Shown here piece by piece: positions 1-10,911 of a DNA stretch of 64,000 bases. A model generated the notes under the pieces. The model saw nothing but the letters and a program-made list of their open reading frames with translations. It searched no databases and was not told the origin of the DNA. Each line of letters opens with the position of its first letter. The stretch's first letter is position 1. Made by a program: the position numbers and the translations under genes. This DNA comes from Bdellovibrionales bacterium. GTDB lineage: Bacteria; Bdellovibrionota; Bdellovibrionia; Bdellovibrionales; JAUICD01. Location of the stretch: NCBI GenBank assembly GCA_965262715.1, contig OZ253553.1:128001-192000 (forward strand). Reading direction: 5' to 3'.

Positions 1-2
1 AA

Positions 3-773
3 AGATCAGGAATTGAGATGGTCTTTGTCATTGACACTTCATTGAGCATGTTGACCGAGGATATTAAGCCAAACAGATTAGATCTCGCCAAAAAAACCTT
101 AAAGAGAATCTTAGATCAATCTGTAGGTCATAAAATAGGTCTTGTAGCTTTTGCAGGTTCAGCAGCTTTGATTTCTCCAATCACTTCTGACTACTCAGCT
201 CTTAATATATATATAGATGCCATTTCAACTTCTTTAATTCAAAAACAAGGCACTTATTTTACTCAAGCCCTCCTTACAGCATCTGATAGCTTTAAAAGGA
301 TTCAAGAAGAAACCCAAGATTCAAATTCCAGTCAAGTTATCATTATCATTTCTGATGGAGAAGATAATGAACCTGGGGCCTTAGAAGTAGCTAGAAAATT
401 AACTAATGAAGGACTTCATATCTACACAATGGCAATTGGCACAAAAAAAGGAGCTCCTATACCTCTTAGAGATGATTTAGGTCAAATTCAAGATTACAAG
501 AGAGATAAATCAGACAATATTGTTTTATCCCGCGTCCAAGATAAGTTATTAAGAGATATGGCAAGAATAGGAAAAGGTCAATTTGCTTATGCTAGTGTTG
601 GAGGTAATGAAGTGAAATTACTGATTGATGATTTGAATCAACTAGAAAAAAGAAAGTTTGAAGAAGATCAATTTGTAAATCATCAAGAGCAATTTCAAAT
701 TATTTTAGCATTAGCTCTTTTATTGATGTTTGTAGAAATATTGTTGTCTGAAAGAATTAAGCACAAAAAATGA
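3..773 (+). CDS. batB: VWA domain protein, BatB-like (5'-partial; frame open to window edge)
   Basis: MIDAS motif DTSLSM, 'DIKPNRL', 'IIISDGED', 'IGTKKGAPIP', C-terminal TM helix; upstream in-frame codons RSGIE extend to the window edge. Confidence 0.75.
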   Translation, partial: RSGIEMVFVIDTSLSMLTEDIKPNRLDLAKKTLKRILDQSVGHKIGLVAFAGSAALISPITSDYSALNIYIDAISTSLIQKQGTYFTQALLTASDSFKRIQEETQDSNSSQVIIIISDGEDNEPGALEVARKLTNEGLHIYTMAIGTKKGAPIPLRDDLGQIQDYKRDKSDNIVLSRVQDKLLRDMARIGKGQFAYASVGGNEVKLLIDDLNQLEKRKFEEDQFVNHQEQFQIILALALLLMFVEILLSERIKHKK

Positions 774-885
774 GATTAAATAGCAGTTTTTTGTGTTAAT
801 TGATCTTACGCAATTTTTAAATTTTAAGAGATCTGTTATTTATTACCTAAGTTACACCATTGTTTAATATCTATCTTTTGAAATC

Positions 886-935
886 TGGCAGTCAGTCAAA
901 CAAGGCAATCTGTATCAGGCAATTGGTATCCGTTT
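886..935 (+). repeat. Left arm of 8-mer-periodic GC-rich palindromic repeat family (family R8)
   Basis: ctggcagt...ggcaatctgtatcaggcaat; 904-923 is identical to 29187-29206. Confidence 0.7.
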
Positions 936-1200
936 TTTGTTTCCTTAAAAGTGAACTAGTCTCTATTTTTATTTCTCAATAATTCTTAGAGTATTAAAGC
1001 CATTCCCTGTAAATTTTACATCTAAGATGTTTTAAGCAACCCAAGTTATTATGTAAATATTACAATATATCTAACTATTATCACTATCGATTGATAAATA
1101 ATTAAATTCAGTATATAGTTACGCCTTATATGAATCGCGGAAAAAATGCTTGTATGAAGACAACTATATCAAGTATTTTTTATATTGGATAAATAATATA

Positions 1201-2292
1201 ATGAAAAAACTTTTTTTTATAATACCTCTGCTTACAACTCCTATGGATGTTTCAGCTAGTATAGATGCTTCAACTAGCAATGTAGAAGTAGAAAGTTTAT
1301 GCGCAGAACATCTACTTTTTTCTGGAAGTTACACTCCAACATCTTCCGCTTTAGAAACAAATGCATTTTCTAGAGCCTCTCAATCAGAAATTAACAAACT
1401 TAAAAATGAATTATGTCCAGAATGTGAGACCACTGAATTTAGAGCTAAATTGTACAAATATTTATCACGTTATAGTGAATCTTTCAATAAAGATAGTAAA
1501 AGATATTATGATGATTTGAAACGTGTTTATCCTGAAATAGAAGATATGTCTGATGCCGAATCTTCTGCATTTATAGATTCAAAAATCAATGAAATTAAAA
1601 GAGTAAGAGACACTTTAATATTAAACAACGCTTTAGAGAACGCTCATTTTCTTAATGGGGAGATTGAAGGAGATCCTGTATTTTTTAGTTTTTTAAAACA
1701 CACAAGTCCTAGGTTCCAAGGCATATATAATAGTATGTCTAAAAAAGAACGCAATGCTTTAAATACTTATCTTTCCAATGAGGTAAGAAATGAAAGTGGT
1801 GATCGGTTTAATGAATATTTATTTTCTAGTGTTAACACTGTATTTAGAAGTCTTGAAACAAATCAAATACCAATACCTTATAGAAATTATATGCAAATTT
1901 TGGAATCAGCTATCACAAAGCTACCTAGATATGCAGATACAGCCATACGTCGCCTGAAGTTATCACCTCAGGAAATTGCACAATACGAGATCGGAGAGAA
2001 TATTCAACTTAGAGGTATAACATCTGCTGGACCAGAGGATGTTCAAAGCTACGTACAGAGACTTTACGGCACTTATACAAATGTAGAGCTACATATAAAA
2101 TGTAATAACAAATGTTATGATATAGGTATTCCCAACAATCCAGGTGTAGTATACCAATTACCAGAGGTTCTTTTGATTCACGGAACCACAGTGCGAGTCA
2201 CTCGTATAATAGAAGGAAATAATAGCTCGCAAACTGTTATGAGAGAAGGAATACCAATAAGACCAACTGTGATTGAATTGGAAGTGCAATAA
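1201..2292 (+). CDS. Secreted protein with C-terminal ADP-ribosyltransferase-like (R-S-E type) domain
   Basis: Signal-peptide-like start MKKLFFIIPLL at 1201; C-terminus has LPRY..AIRR (R), GITSAG (S), QLPEVLL..GTTVRV (E) in ART order. Confidence 0.6.
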   Translation: MKKLFFIIPLLTTPMDVSASIDASTSNVEVESLCAEHLLFSGSYTPTSSALETNAFSRASQSEINKLKNELCPECETTEFRAKLYKYLSRYSESFNKDSKRYYDDLKRVYPEIEDMSDAESSAFIDSKINEIKRVRDTLILNNALENAHFLNGEIEGDPVFFSFLKHTSPRFQGIYNSMSKKERNALNTYLSNEVRNESGDRFNEYLFSSVNTVFRSLETNQIPIPYRNYMQILESAITKLPRYADTAIRRLKLSPQEIAQYEIGENIQLRGITSAGPEDVQSYVQRLYGTYTNVELHIKCNNKCYDIGIPNNPGVVYQLPEVLLIHGTTVRVTRIIEGNNSSQTVMREGIPIRPTVIELEVQ

Positions 2293-2329
2293 TAACCCTG
2301 ATTTATAACTACTTAAGCCCCTTTCTTTT

Positions 2330-2430
2330 CTGGGATCTGACAAACAGGCATTCGAGGCAATTGGGCAAGCAGTATCTGGGAACTGATCCCGGGAACCGAT
2401 TCCAGATTGCCCGACTGCCAGATCCCGGAA
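2330..2430. repeat. Family R8 palindromic repeat
   Basis: ctgggatctg...ggcaattgggcaa...gatcccgggaaccg...ttgcccgactgccagatcccgg; GC-rich inverted arms in AT-rich background. Confidence 0.75.
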
Positions 2431-2796
2431 GAATATACATACCAATATTTCTGCAACAAAATATCATAAATATATCTTTTTGATCCATACCCTTTAGTTT
2501 CAATAATAAACATCCGAATAATTAATAAAGATATATAATAATTGGAGACTTTGTTTTGAAAACGAATCTTTTTGAGACAATTTCAAGGATAGTGAAAATA
2601 AACAATATTAGTTTTCTTATTCTTTTATTGATGTCCACTTGCCTCATCTTTTTTACAAATTGCTCTATAACTGATGAACTTATTGATTCCAAAGATATTG
2701 GAAGCAGTAGTAGCGAAACTACTCCTTATAAATATACAGAGAATCCCCCTCCTGGCCAATTTCCTGATCCAGATGATCCTGAAACTAAAGATGACA

Positions 2797-4136
2797 TTGT
2801 ATCACCAGAGGGCCTGGATATAGTCAGTTGGACGAAAACATCTGAACTCATAGATGTTCAAATCAATACTGAAAACGGACAGATTTGCATCCCGCACACT
2901 AAAGCTGGTCAATGGAGTCCTACACAAAATGTAAATGCACCAAGTGCTGAAGACCCAGTAGAAGGTAATGCATGGATTGTTGTTCGATTAGATGGCAAGA
3001 GTTATGCTGCCCCTTATGATTGGCTAAGCTCTGGAGAGCCCTGTCATATGCTAGATGTAGAAACTCTTAGTAACTTGTACGAACAACTACCACAACGCAC
3101 AGGTGTAACTGAACTAGCTAGATGGAAGCCTCTATCTGGAGATAGAATTGGCTTTCTAGTGTCAGGGCTTGCTAAAAATGGCTTAGAAAATGTCAAAGAA
3201 AGATCAAATATGTTAATTGTAACACTTCCTGATGCAAATGGAGAGATACCTACAGAAGTGGAAGAGCCTTGTTCTCAAGATCCTGAAAGTTCATTTTGTT
3301 TAGAAAACTGCCATGTTCCAAATAAAATAGAAGTTATAAGTAGTATAGCAGAAAGAAATTCCGATTCTCTAACAAAAGCTCATCAACTTTATACAGATAG
3401 ACAATCAAATGGATCTGAGTCAATAGCTAATACAGATGAACGCTGGGAATTTATGGATAGAGTTGCTCAAGTACTTCACGGTATAGATGATCGCTTTGGC
3501 TATACATGTACGAATGGAAACTGCAGTGATATCTCTACATATCAGATTGCCTACAAATGTGAAGAAGACCCTGAAGTAGAAGACCCTGAAGTAGAAGACC
3601 CTGAAGTAGAAGACCCTGAAGCAGAAGACCCTGAAGCAGAAGGTTCTGAAGCAAGTGAAAACATTGCCACTGTCAGTATTCTTACACAAGACGGTGAAAC
3701 TCAATGGCAACTTGATGTCCTTCAAGATACAACTGCAACAACTACTACAACTGTTATAGCTGCAACGACGACAACTGTTTCAACGACCACAACAACTATA
3801 ATGACCACAGCAAGCCTGGATATTCATAGCTGGGTATACCCAAGAGAAGGATCTACAGATTACTTTGATTGTTTTTTCTTTCCAGAGTCATCTTCTTGCC
3901 AACCAACAGATGATGATGGTGACGGTGATGGTGATGGTGATGATGATCAAGGGTTGCTTGATACACCATGCACTCAGGAGCAAGTGGATGATGGCTATGG
4001 TAATCACTCTGAAAAGAATGAATGTCTTCCAAGATGTTTTTCTTTCGCACGGAGTAATGCAAATGGAGTAGAGACTGGAGAAGGTGATGAGTGTGACGAT
4101 ACTTCCAATTACCATATCCTACCTATACAAAACACT
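2797..4136 (+). repeat. 1,340-bp direct repeat copy 1 (left target duplication of IS1634)
   Basis: Starts ttgtatcaccagag, ends atacaaaacact; same sequence at 6093-7432 (offset 3296). Confidence 0.95.
3564..3650 (+). repeat. 15-bp tandem repeat (gaagaccctgaagYa) encoding EDPEV/EDPEA, about 5-6 units; second copy near 6860-6946
   Basis: Direct reading of tandem units. Confidence 0.85.
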
Positions 4137-6092
4137 CCTGAGTTTGACACTTAATTTGAATTTTCGTGATATTTTTTTCAAGGAATGTTGTATTTATAGT
4201 CATTAGCGGTTATTGTGTTTGTATTTTGGTCAAAAAGTGTAGTGTACTTATTTATCATACACTACGCGTCATATACCTTATTTTCTTTTATTTTTTATAT
4301 TTTTCTTGTAATGTATTTTTATGTTCATAAGGTCTACAAGAAATCCGAGAGGAGACATATATTATCATCTTGTTGAGAGCTACAGATTAGGTTCTCAAGT
4401 GAAGCAAAGGATTCTAATGTCTTTAGGTAAAGCCGCGGATAAGGAAGTTAACTTGAAGAAGCTTCTAGAAGTATTATCTAAAGAGTTAGAGATAATTCCT
4501 GCTAGTAAGTTATTAAAAGAGATTGATGTTAAAGACACTTTTATATTAGGTCCCTTACTTATAATAGATGCTATTTTCAAACAATTAAATCTCTATGAAT
4601 TATTAACAGATTTAAAACAAAAGCACCCTAAAGTACAATTTGATTTTGTTAAGATTATTTTTACATTGGTTATAAGCCGTTTTGTAGAGCCATGTTCTAA
4701 GCTTAAAGTATTTTCACACTGGCAGAAGTTATTTTACCCTGATTTTTTAGAAGAGGAGCTTCATCTTCAAGACATTTATCGTTCTTTAGATATTCTAAGT
4801 AAGCATAAGGAAGATATAGAGAAGACTCTTTATACACAAGGTAAGTCTCAGTTAAGTTTTTTCAATGAGTGTGATGTTATTTTGTATGATTTAACGACAT
4901 TGAGATTTGAGAGTACCCGAGAGGATTTAGATAATCTTCGAAGATTTGGTTATAGCAAAGAGAAGAGGAGTGATTGTACCCAGGTGGTATTTGGACTTTT
5001 AGTAGATAGAGAAGGTATGCCCTTAGGCTTTGATGTTTATCCTGGAAATACCTTTGAAGGTAAAACCATACCTTCAGTTATGGAGAAACTAAAAAAGAAG
5101 TTTAAGATCAGAAGATTTATATTAGTAGGAGATAGAGGTTTATTTTCTAATGAGAATTTACAATCTGTAAAAGCAAAGGGAGATGAATTTATAGTAGGAT
5201 TAAAGCTAGGTTTATTAAAGGATCGTCATTCAGAGATATACAATTTAAAGAATTTTAAATTTATAAATGAAGATTTAGCTATATACGAGACGAGTTATAA
5301 TGATAATCGTTGTATAATTACCTGGTCAAGAAAGAGAGCAGAACGAGATAAGAAAGTAAGAGAAGATATTCTATCTAAGTTAGAAGATAAGCTTTCAAAA
5401 TCGTCATCAAGCACAAAGGATTTTGTATCTAATAGCAATTATAAGAAGTATATTATTCATCCTAAGAGTAAAGGCAAGCCTACTTTAAATAAGTCAGCCA
5501 TAGAACAATCAGAGAGGACAGATGGTTTTTTTGGAATCATTACAAATACAGATAGTTTAAGTTCTGAAGAGATTATAACGAACTATAAGCAATTATGGAA
5601 GGTAGAGAATTCATTTAGAGAATTGAAAGGTACATTAAAGACACGTCCTATGTTCCACTGGACAGATAAGAGGATCTTAGGACATTTAGTTGTGTGTTTT
5701 TTATCTTACTTATGTGAGGCTTATTTTTCAAAGAAGTTACATCAGAGAAACATCACATTAAAAGATAAAGCAATTACAGACAAGAGAATAAAGTCAAGGC
5801 CATTGAGTGTGGCAGAAGCTATGTCAAAGCTGAAAGAAGTACGAGCTATACCTGTGAGGGTAAAGGATAAGACACTTTGGATCAGAACAGATATTAACGG
5901 TAACAATGCTGATGTATTTAAAGCTATAGGAGCAAAGATCCCATCAAAACAACTTAAAGTAGAATCTACTTAGACCTACAAACAATCTCTTAAATCTCTA
6001 CCACAAAATCAAAATGTAGTGGTACAAAATCACACATCCACTGTAACTAACTAAAATAACTTAACTTTATTTTCGCAACTGTCAAACTCAGG
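4137..6092 (+). mobile_element. IS1634-family insertion sequence, 1,956 bp
   Basis: Perfect 13-bp terminal inverted repeats cctgagtttgaca (4137-4149) / tgtcaaactcagg (6080-6092) around a 550-aa DDE transposase. Confidence 0.93.
4321..5973 (+). CDS. IS1634-family transposase
   Basis: Motifs YYHLVESYR, YDLTTLRFE, FGYSKEKRSD, GDRG, YKQLWKVENSFRELK..L..RP.FHW. Confidence 0.92.
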   Translation: MFIRSTRNPRGDIYYHLVESYRLGSQVKQRILMSLGKAADKEVNLKKLLEVLSKELEIIPASKLLKEIDVKDTFILGPLLIIDAIFKQLNLYELLTDLKQKHPKVQFDFVKIIFTLVISRFVEPCSKLKVFSHWQKLFYPDFLEEELHLQDIYRSLDILSKHKEDIEKTLYTQGKSQLSFFNECDVILYDLTTLRFESTREDLDNLRRFGYSKEKRSDCTQVVFGLLVDREGMPLGFDVYPGNTFEGKTIPSVMEKLKKKFKIRRFILVGDRGLFSNENLQSVKAKGDEFIVGLKLGLLKDRHSEIYNLKNFKFINEDLAIYETSYNDNRCIITWSRKRAERDKKVREDILSKLEDKLSKSSSSTKDFVSNSNYKKYIIHPKSKGKPTLNKSAIEQSERTDGFFGIITNTDSLSSEEIITNYKQLWKVENSFRELKGTLKTRPMFHWTDKRILGHLVVCFLSYLCEAYFSKKLHQRNITLKDKAITDKRIKSRPLSVAEAMSKLKEVRAIPVRVKDKTLWIRTDINGNNADVFKAIGAKIPSKQLKVEST

Positions 6093-7432
6093 TTGTATCA
6101 CCAGAGGGCCTGGATATAGTCAGTTGGACGAAAACATCTGAACTCATAGATGTTCAAATCAATACTGAAAACGGACAGATTTGCATCCCGCACACTAAAG
6201 CTGGTCAATGGAGTCCTACACAAAATGTAAATGCACCAAGTGCTGAAGACCCAGTAGAAGGTAATGCATGGATTGTTGTTCGATTAGATGGCAAGAGTTA
6301 TGCTGCCCCTTATGATTGGCTAAGCTCTGGAGAGCCCTGTCATATGCTAGATGTAGAAACTCTTAGTAACTTGTACGAACAACTACCACAACGCACAGGT
6401 GTAACTGAACTAGCTAGATGGAAGCCTCTATCTGGAGATAGAATTGGCTTTCTAGTGTCAGGGCTTGCTAAAAATGGCTTAGAAAATGTCAAAGAAAGAT
6501 CAAATATGTTAATTGTAACACTTCCTGATGCAAATGGAGAGATACCTACAGAAGTGGAAGAGCCTTGTTCTCAAGATCCTGAAAGTTCATTTTGTTTAGA
6601 AAACTGCCATGTTCCAAATAAAATAGAAGTTATAAGTAGTATAGCAGAAAGAAATTCCGATTCTCTAACAAAAGCTCATCAACTTTATACAGATAGACAA
6701 TCAAATGGATCTGAGTCAATAGCTAATACAGATGAACGCTGGGAATTTATGGATAGAGTTGCTCAAGTACTTCACGGTATAGATGATCGCTTTGGCTATA
6801 CATGTACGAATGGAAACTGCAGTGATATCTCTACATATCAGATTGCCTACAAATGTGAAGAAGACCCTGAAGTAGAAGACCCTGAAGTAGAAGACCCTGA
6901 AGTAGAAGACCCTGAAGCAGAAGACCCTGAAGCAGAAGGTTCTGAAGCAAGTGAAAACATTGCCACTGTCAGTATTCTTACACAAGACGGTGAAACTCAA
7001 TGGCAACTTGATGTCCTTCAAGATACAACTGCAACAACTACTACAACTGTTATAGCTGCAACGACGACAACTGTTTCAACGACCACAACAACTATAATGA
7101 CCACAGCAAGCCTGGATATTCATAGCTGGGTATACCCAAGAGAAGGATCTACAGATTACTTTGATTGTTTTTTCTTTCCAGAGTCATCTTCTTGCCAACC
7201 AACAGATGATGATGGTGACGGTGATGGTGATGGTGATGATGATCAAGGGTTGCTTGATACACCATGCACTCAGGAGCAAGTGGATGATGGCTATGGTAAT
7301 CACTCTGAAAAGAATGAATGTCTTCCAAGATGTTTTTCTTTCGCACGGAGTAATGCAAATGGAGTAGAGACTGGAGAAGGTGATGAGTGTGACGATACTT
7401 CCAATTACCATATCCTACCTATACAAAACACT
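6093..7432 (+). repeat. 1,340-bp direct repeat copy 2 (right target duplication of IS1634)
   Basis: Begins at the base after the right TIR; matches 2797-4136 by eye and in translation. Confidence 0.95.
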
Positions 7433-7969
7433 TTTGAGGATAAATGTTGTAGGAGATATTCTAAAACCTCTTGTCCTCCTGGTCACAAGATACGTAATGG
7501 TATTTGTTACCCAACATGTCAGAAAGCAGCAGAACTAGCAGGACACACAATTAGAGCAACTGGCTTTACAGGCAACTACGTGCTTCATCAAAAACAAACT
7601 TTTGCCTTTGATTCAAACTGCAGAGCACTAGATGAATATGGCCCTAATGGGTATAATGACTGGCAGGATTTTAGTTTTTACGATCCTTATACATTTAAAA
7701 CTCGGCGAAATGATAGAAATACTATTTATAAGATAGTAGCAGATCCCAATGATGATTATCTCTGCTGTATAAGAGATATACCCAACATCACAAAAACTCC
7801 TACTTATAGACCAGATGGTTGGACTCAAGAAGAACGTGATCGTTTCCCTGCTACCACAACAACAACAACTTCTGGATCTAACAGTGATGAATGTCAAAAT
7901 AATAATGATTGTGCATCTGGTTATGAATGTAATGCAGGTGAATGCACATTCAGAGAAATAGGCCGGTAA
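6344..7969 (+). pseudogene. 3' part of the interrupted Cys-rich lipoprotein (no signal peptide, native C-terminus)
   Basis: Identical to the 2556 ORF up to ...PIQNT, then continues FEDKCCRR... to a Cys-rich C-terminus. Confidence 0.85.
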
Positions 7970-8263
7970 TGTAATTTTTACAAAATAGTGTATATTTTAC
8001 ATAATAAACTCTACATTTATTTACTTAGATCTTTTAAATTATTTTTTCTAGATATAAAATATCTTTACTTGTAAACCCAAAAACCTTCGGCAATTTGTCT
8101 TTAATCCAAATAAATTCAATACCTTATAATATTTAGTAAAATCATATCATACTTTAAAATCTCTATTTATATTCTTGTTAATATGAAATTTAAGATTTAA
8201 GTAACATGGTTTTAAGCTTGGTCTAAACCTTGCATAGTAAATTTTTAGCAAGGAGTTTATTTA

Positions 8264-9125
8264 ATGAAGCGTATTATTTCTAACTTAAGTAAAAACTTAG
8301 GTAGTATAAGTTATTTACTTTTGATGACATTCATATCACTTTGCCTATTAAGATGTAGTCATCTTGAAACTTCTGATGAAGATGACATAAGAGGATATAG
8401 CAACCTTGGAGCTCTTGAAGCAAAACAAGGAAATATAAGTAAGGCTAGAGAGCTTTACAAAAAAGCTTGTGATGGAAATAAAGTGTTAGGATGTACTAAC
8501 CTTGGAGCTCTTGAAGCAAAACAAGGAAATATAAGGAAAGCTAGAAAGCCTCTTAAAAAAGCCTGTGATGAAAATGACATGCTAGGGTGTATCATCCTTG
8601 GAACTCTTGAAGAAGAGCAAGGAAATATAAGGAAAGCTAGAAAGCCTCTTAAAAAAGCCTGTGATGGAAATGACATGCTAGGGTGTATCAGCCTTGGATT
8701 TTTTGAAGAAAAACAAGGAAATATAAGCAAAGCCAGAGAGCTTTATAAAAAGGCATGTGATGGAAATGACATGCTTGGATGTACTAACCTCGGATATCTT
8801 GAAAGAAAACAAGGAAATATAAGCAGAGCTAGAGAGCTTTATAAGAAAGCTTGTGATGGAAATGAAATGTTAGGATGTACTAACCTTGGAGCTCTTGAAG
8901 CAAAACAAGGAAATATAAGCAAAACTAGAGAGCTTTATAAGAAAGCTTGTGATGGAAATCACATGAAAGGATGTACTAACTACTAACCTCGGATATCTTG
9001 AAGAAAAACAAGGAAACATAAGTAAGGCTAGAAAGCTTCTTAAAAAAGCTTGTGATGGAAATGAAATGTTAGGATGTACCAACCTTGGAGTTCTTGAAGT
9101 AAAGAAAAAAAATAAAACCAAATGA
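8264..9125 (+). pseudogene. Sel1-like/Hcp-type cysteine-rich repeat lipoprotein, frameshifted by a 7-bp duplication
   Basis: 32-aa repeats (GCxNLGxLExKQGNIxKARxxxKKACDGNxML). tactaac is duplicated at 8974-8987; removing one copy extends the repeats to TGA at 9123-9125. Confidence 0.85.
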
Positions 9126-9177
9126 TATATTTTATAGGTAACAAATTGAGGCATTCTCAATATAAGAATCTTTAGTT

Positions 9178-9795
9178 ATGAAATTCAATCCTCAGATATT
9201 TATTTTAATTTTTGCAGCTTGGCTGCTTTCCTTAACGAGCATCAGTTGTACACATTCTCTTCTTGAACAGGCTTTTGTTGTCAATGAATCTGTGTTGAAA
9301 AAAAGAGTCTTACAAACTCAAAGATTTGAGAATATAAATGAAAAACAGTTACTGTCAGCTATTATTGGACTTATGCAAGATTTGAACTTTAGACTCGACG
9401 AAGGAGATAAAGATTTAGGAGTATTTACAGGTTCTAAAAGGCGGTCTTTTATAAGGAATCTCCCTGTAACACGTATGGTACAGAGGTATGAAACACGCAC
9501 CCAAGTGATTAATGGCAAGATTGTTAGTAGGCCTGCTCTTGTAAATGTTCCTGTAACTGTTTTTGAACCATTTGTTTTTATTGAAGAAACTCGTATAGCT
9601 ATAGTCATTTATCCTGTATCTCAAAGAAAAGATCGAGTAAAAGGAAACTTTTTAGTAAGAGCAAATCTTCAAAAAATGACTTGGAATGAGTCAACAGGAG
9701 GAATCACTCAAGCAGGACCTTTTGGTGACTCTGCCTTCTATGAGAGTTTTTTCTCTATCCTTTCAAAATCAATATTTCTAGAAACCAACTTATAA
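9178..9795 (+). CDS. Hypothetical lipoprotein
   Basis: Hydrophobic N-terminus with SISC lipobox-like motif; 205-aa ORF. Confidence 0.65.
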   Translation: MKFNPQIFILIFAAWLLSLTSISCTHSLLEQAFVVNESVLKKRVLQTQRFENINEKQLLSAIIGLMQDLNFRLDEGDKDLGVFTGSKRRSFIRNLPVTRMVQRYETRTQVINGKIVSRPALVNVPVTVFEPFVFIEETRIAIVIYPVSQRKDRVKGNFLVRANLQKMTWNESTGGITQAGPFGDSAFYESFFSILSKSIFLETNL

Positions 9796-9924
9796 AATTC
9801 TATCATTGTAGAACTAGCAAAAATAATTCTAAGATAATATAGTGGTATGCGCGGTTTGCTTTTAATATTAGATAAATGTATAAAGAATCCATAAACCTAT
9901 GATTATATCAAAAACTTTGTAGAT

Positions 9925-10830
9925 ATGAAAATATTCGTGATTTTTTTATTTATGGTTACAAGTATGATCTTAGAGGCAAATGAAGATATGCCTCTTAAAG
10001 ACTCTTTAACTTTATATGATACTTTTCAACACAATCGTATGATAAAAGATATAGAAAAGAGACAAGAAGAAATAAAGCAAGATTCAAAAAACCAACCACA
10101 TTCATCTTATATTCAAGAGTCTGAACACAAATTATTAGAAGGCTTTTTAGCAAAATACCCTGAAAATCTTTTTCTTCACTATAACTTTGGCATTTTTTGG
10201 ATATTTCAAGATATACAAAAAACTGTGACACAATTTTTATTTATACTGAAAAATAAAAAGACTGATGAATTAAGATTTAAGGCAGCCTTTAACTTAGGAA
10301 CTCTTTATGGTTATGATAAAAGATTAAATACTGAGGATGGTCATCATATAGATGAAGCCTTAAAGTATTATCAAACAGCTTTAGATATCAAACCAGACTC
10401 TTTAGAGACAAAGCAAAATATTGAAATGCTGTTTTTAACAAAACAAGCTAATAAGTCACAACAAGGTAAATCAGACCCAAAGCAACAAAGACAAGAAGGT
10501 CAAAACTCAGATCAAACAAAACAACAAGATGAAGATGAGCAAAAGTCTTCTAAAGATCAAGATGAGTCCATTGATGATCAGAATGCAGCTTATAAAGAGA
10601 GTAGAAAAAATCAAGGTGAACAAAAGTTTCAAGGCAAAGATTTAACAGAAAGAGATATACAAGATATCTTAGGAGAATTAAAACAACAAGAACAACAAAT
10701 CTTGGAAAAGCTAATCCAGGAAGAAGCCAAAAAACAAAATGCTAAAAATCAAGGAAAAACTCAATGGATGTTAGATGGCATTTTAAAAAATGAGACAACA
10801 AAAGATCAAGGATTAGACAAAGATTGGTAG
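9925..10830 (+). CDS. TPR protein, BatC-like
   Basis: Signal peptide, TPR motifs (FNLG, ALKYYQTALDIKPD, KQNIE), Q/D/K-rich linker, terminal KDW. Confidence 0.7.
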   Translation: MKIFVIFLFMVTSMILEANEDMPLKDSLTLYDTFQHNRMIKDIEKRQEEIKQDSKNQPHSSYIQESEHKLLEGFLAKYPENLFLHYNFGIFWIFQDIQKTVTQFLFILKNKKTDELRFKAAFNLGTLYGYDKRLNTEDGHHIDEALKYYQTALDIKPDSLETKQNIEMLFLTKQANKSQQGKSDPKQQRQEGQNSDQTKQQDEDEQKSSKDQDESIDDQNAAYKESRKNQGEQKFQGKDLTERDIQDILGELKQQEQQILEKLIQEEAKKQNAKNQGKTQWMLDGILKNETTKDQGLDKDW

Positions 10831-10911
10831 TATCTAGTAACAAAGCCATTTAGGTTTATGACTTTTTTTTCCTTGCATTAATAGGTCTATAAGTAGTAGG
10901 ATGCTTATAGT

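Larger units (their letters stand above)
2556..4154 (+). pseudogene. 5' part of a Cys-rich lipoprotein interrupted by IS1634; last residues PEFDT are encoded by the IS end
   Basis: Lipoprotein-like signal (FFTNC), EDPEV/EDPEA repeats, Thr-rich and DG-rich tracts. Joining 2556-4136 to 7433-7969 gives an open 705-aa ORF. Confidence 0.85.

Noticed and set aside
2158..2513. Three short minus-strand ORFs
   Set aside because: They overlap the R8 palindrome, whose GC content suppresses stops; no recognisable motifs
2797..2806. The duplicated segment starts with tgtatcac, like the SR 5' end
   Set aside because: An 8-nt match inside coding sequence of an AT-rich genome, with no SR structure following; likely chance
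3853..4115. Poly-His and poly-Met/Val ORFs (also 7149-7411)
   Set aside because: Alternative-frame readings of the GAT/GGT repeat encoding the DG tract
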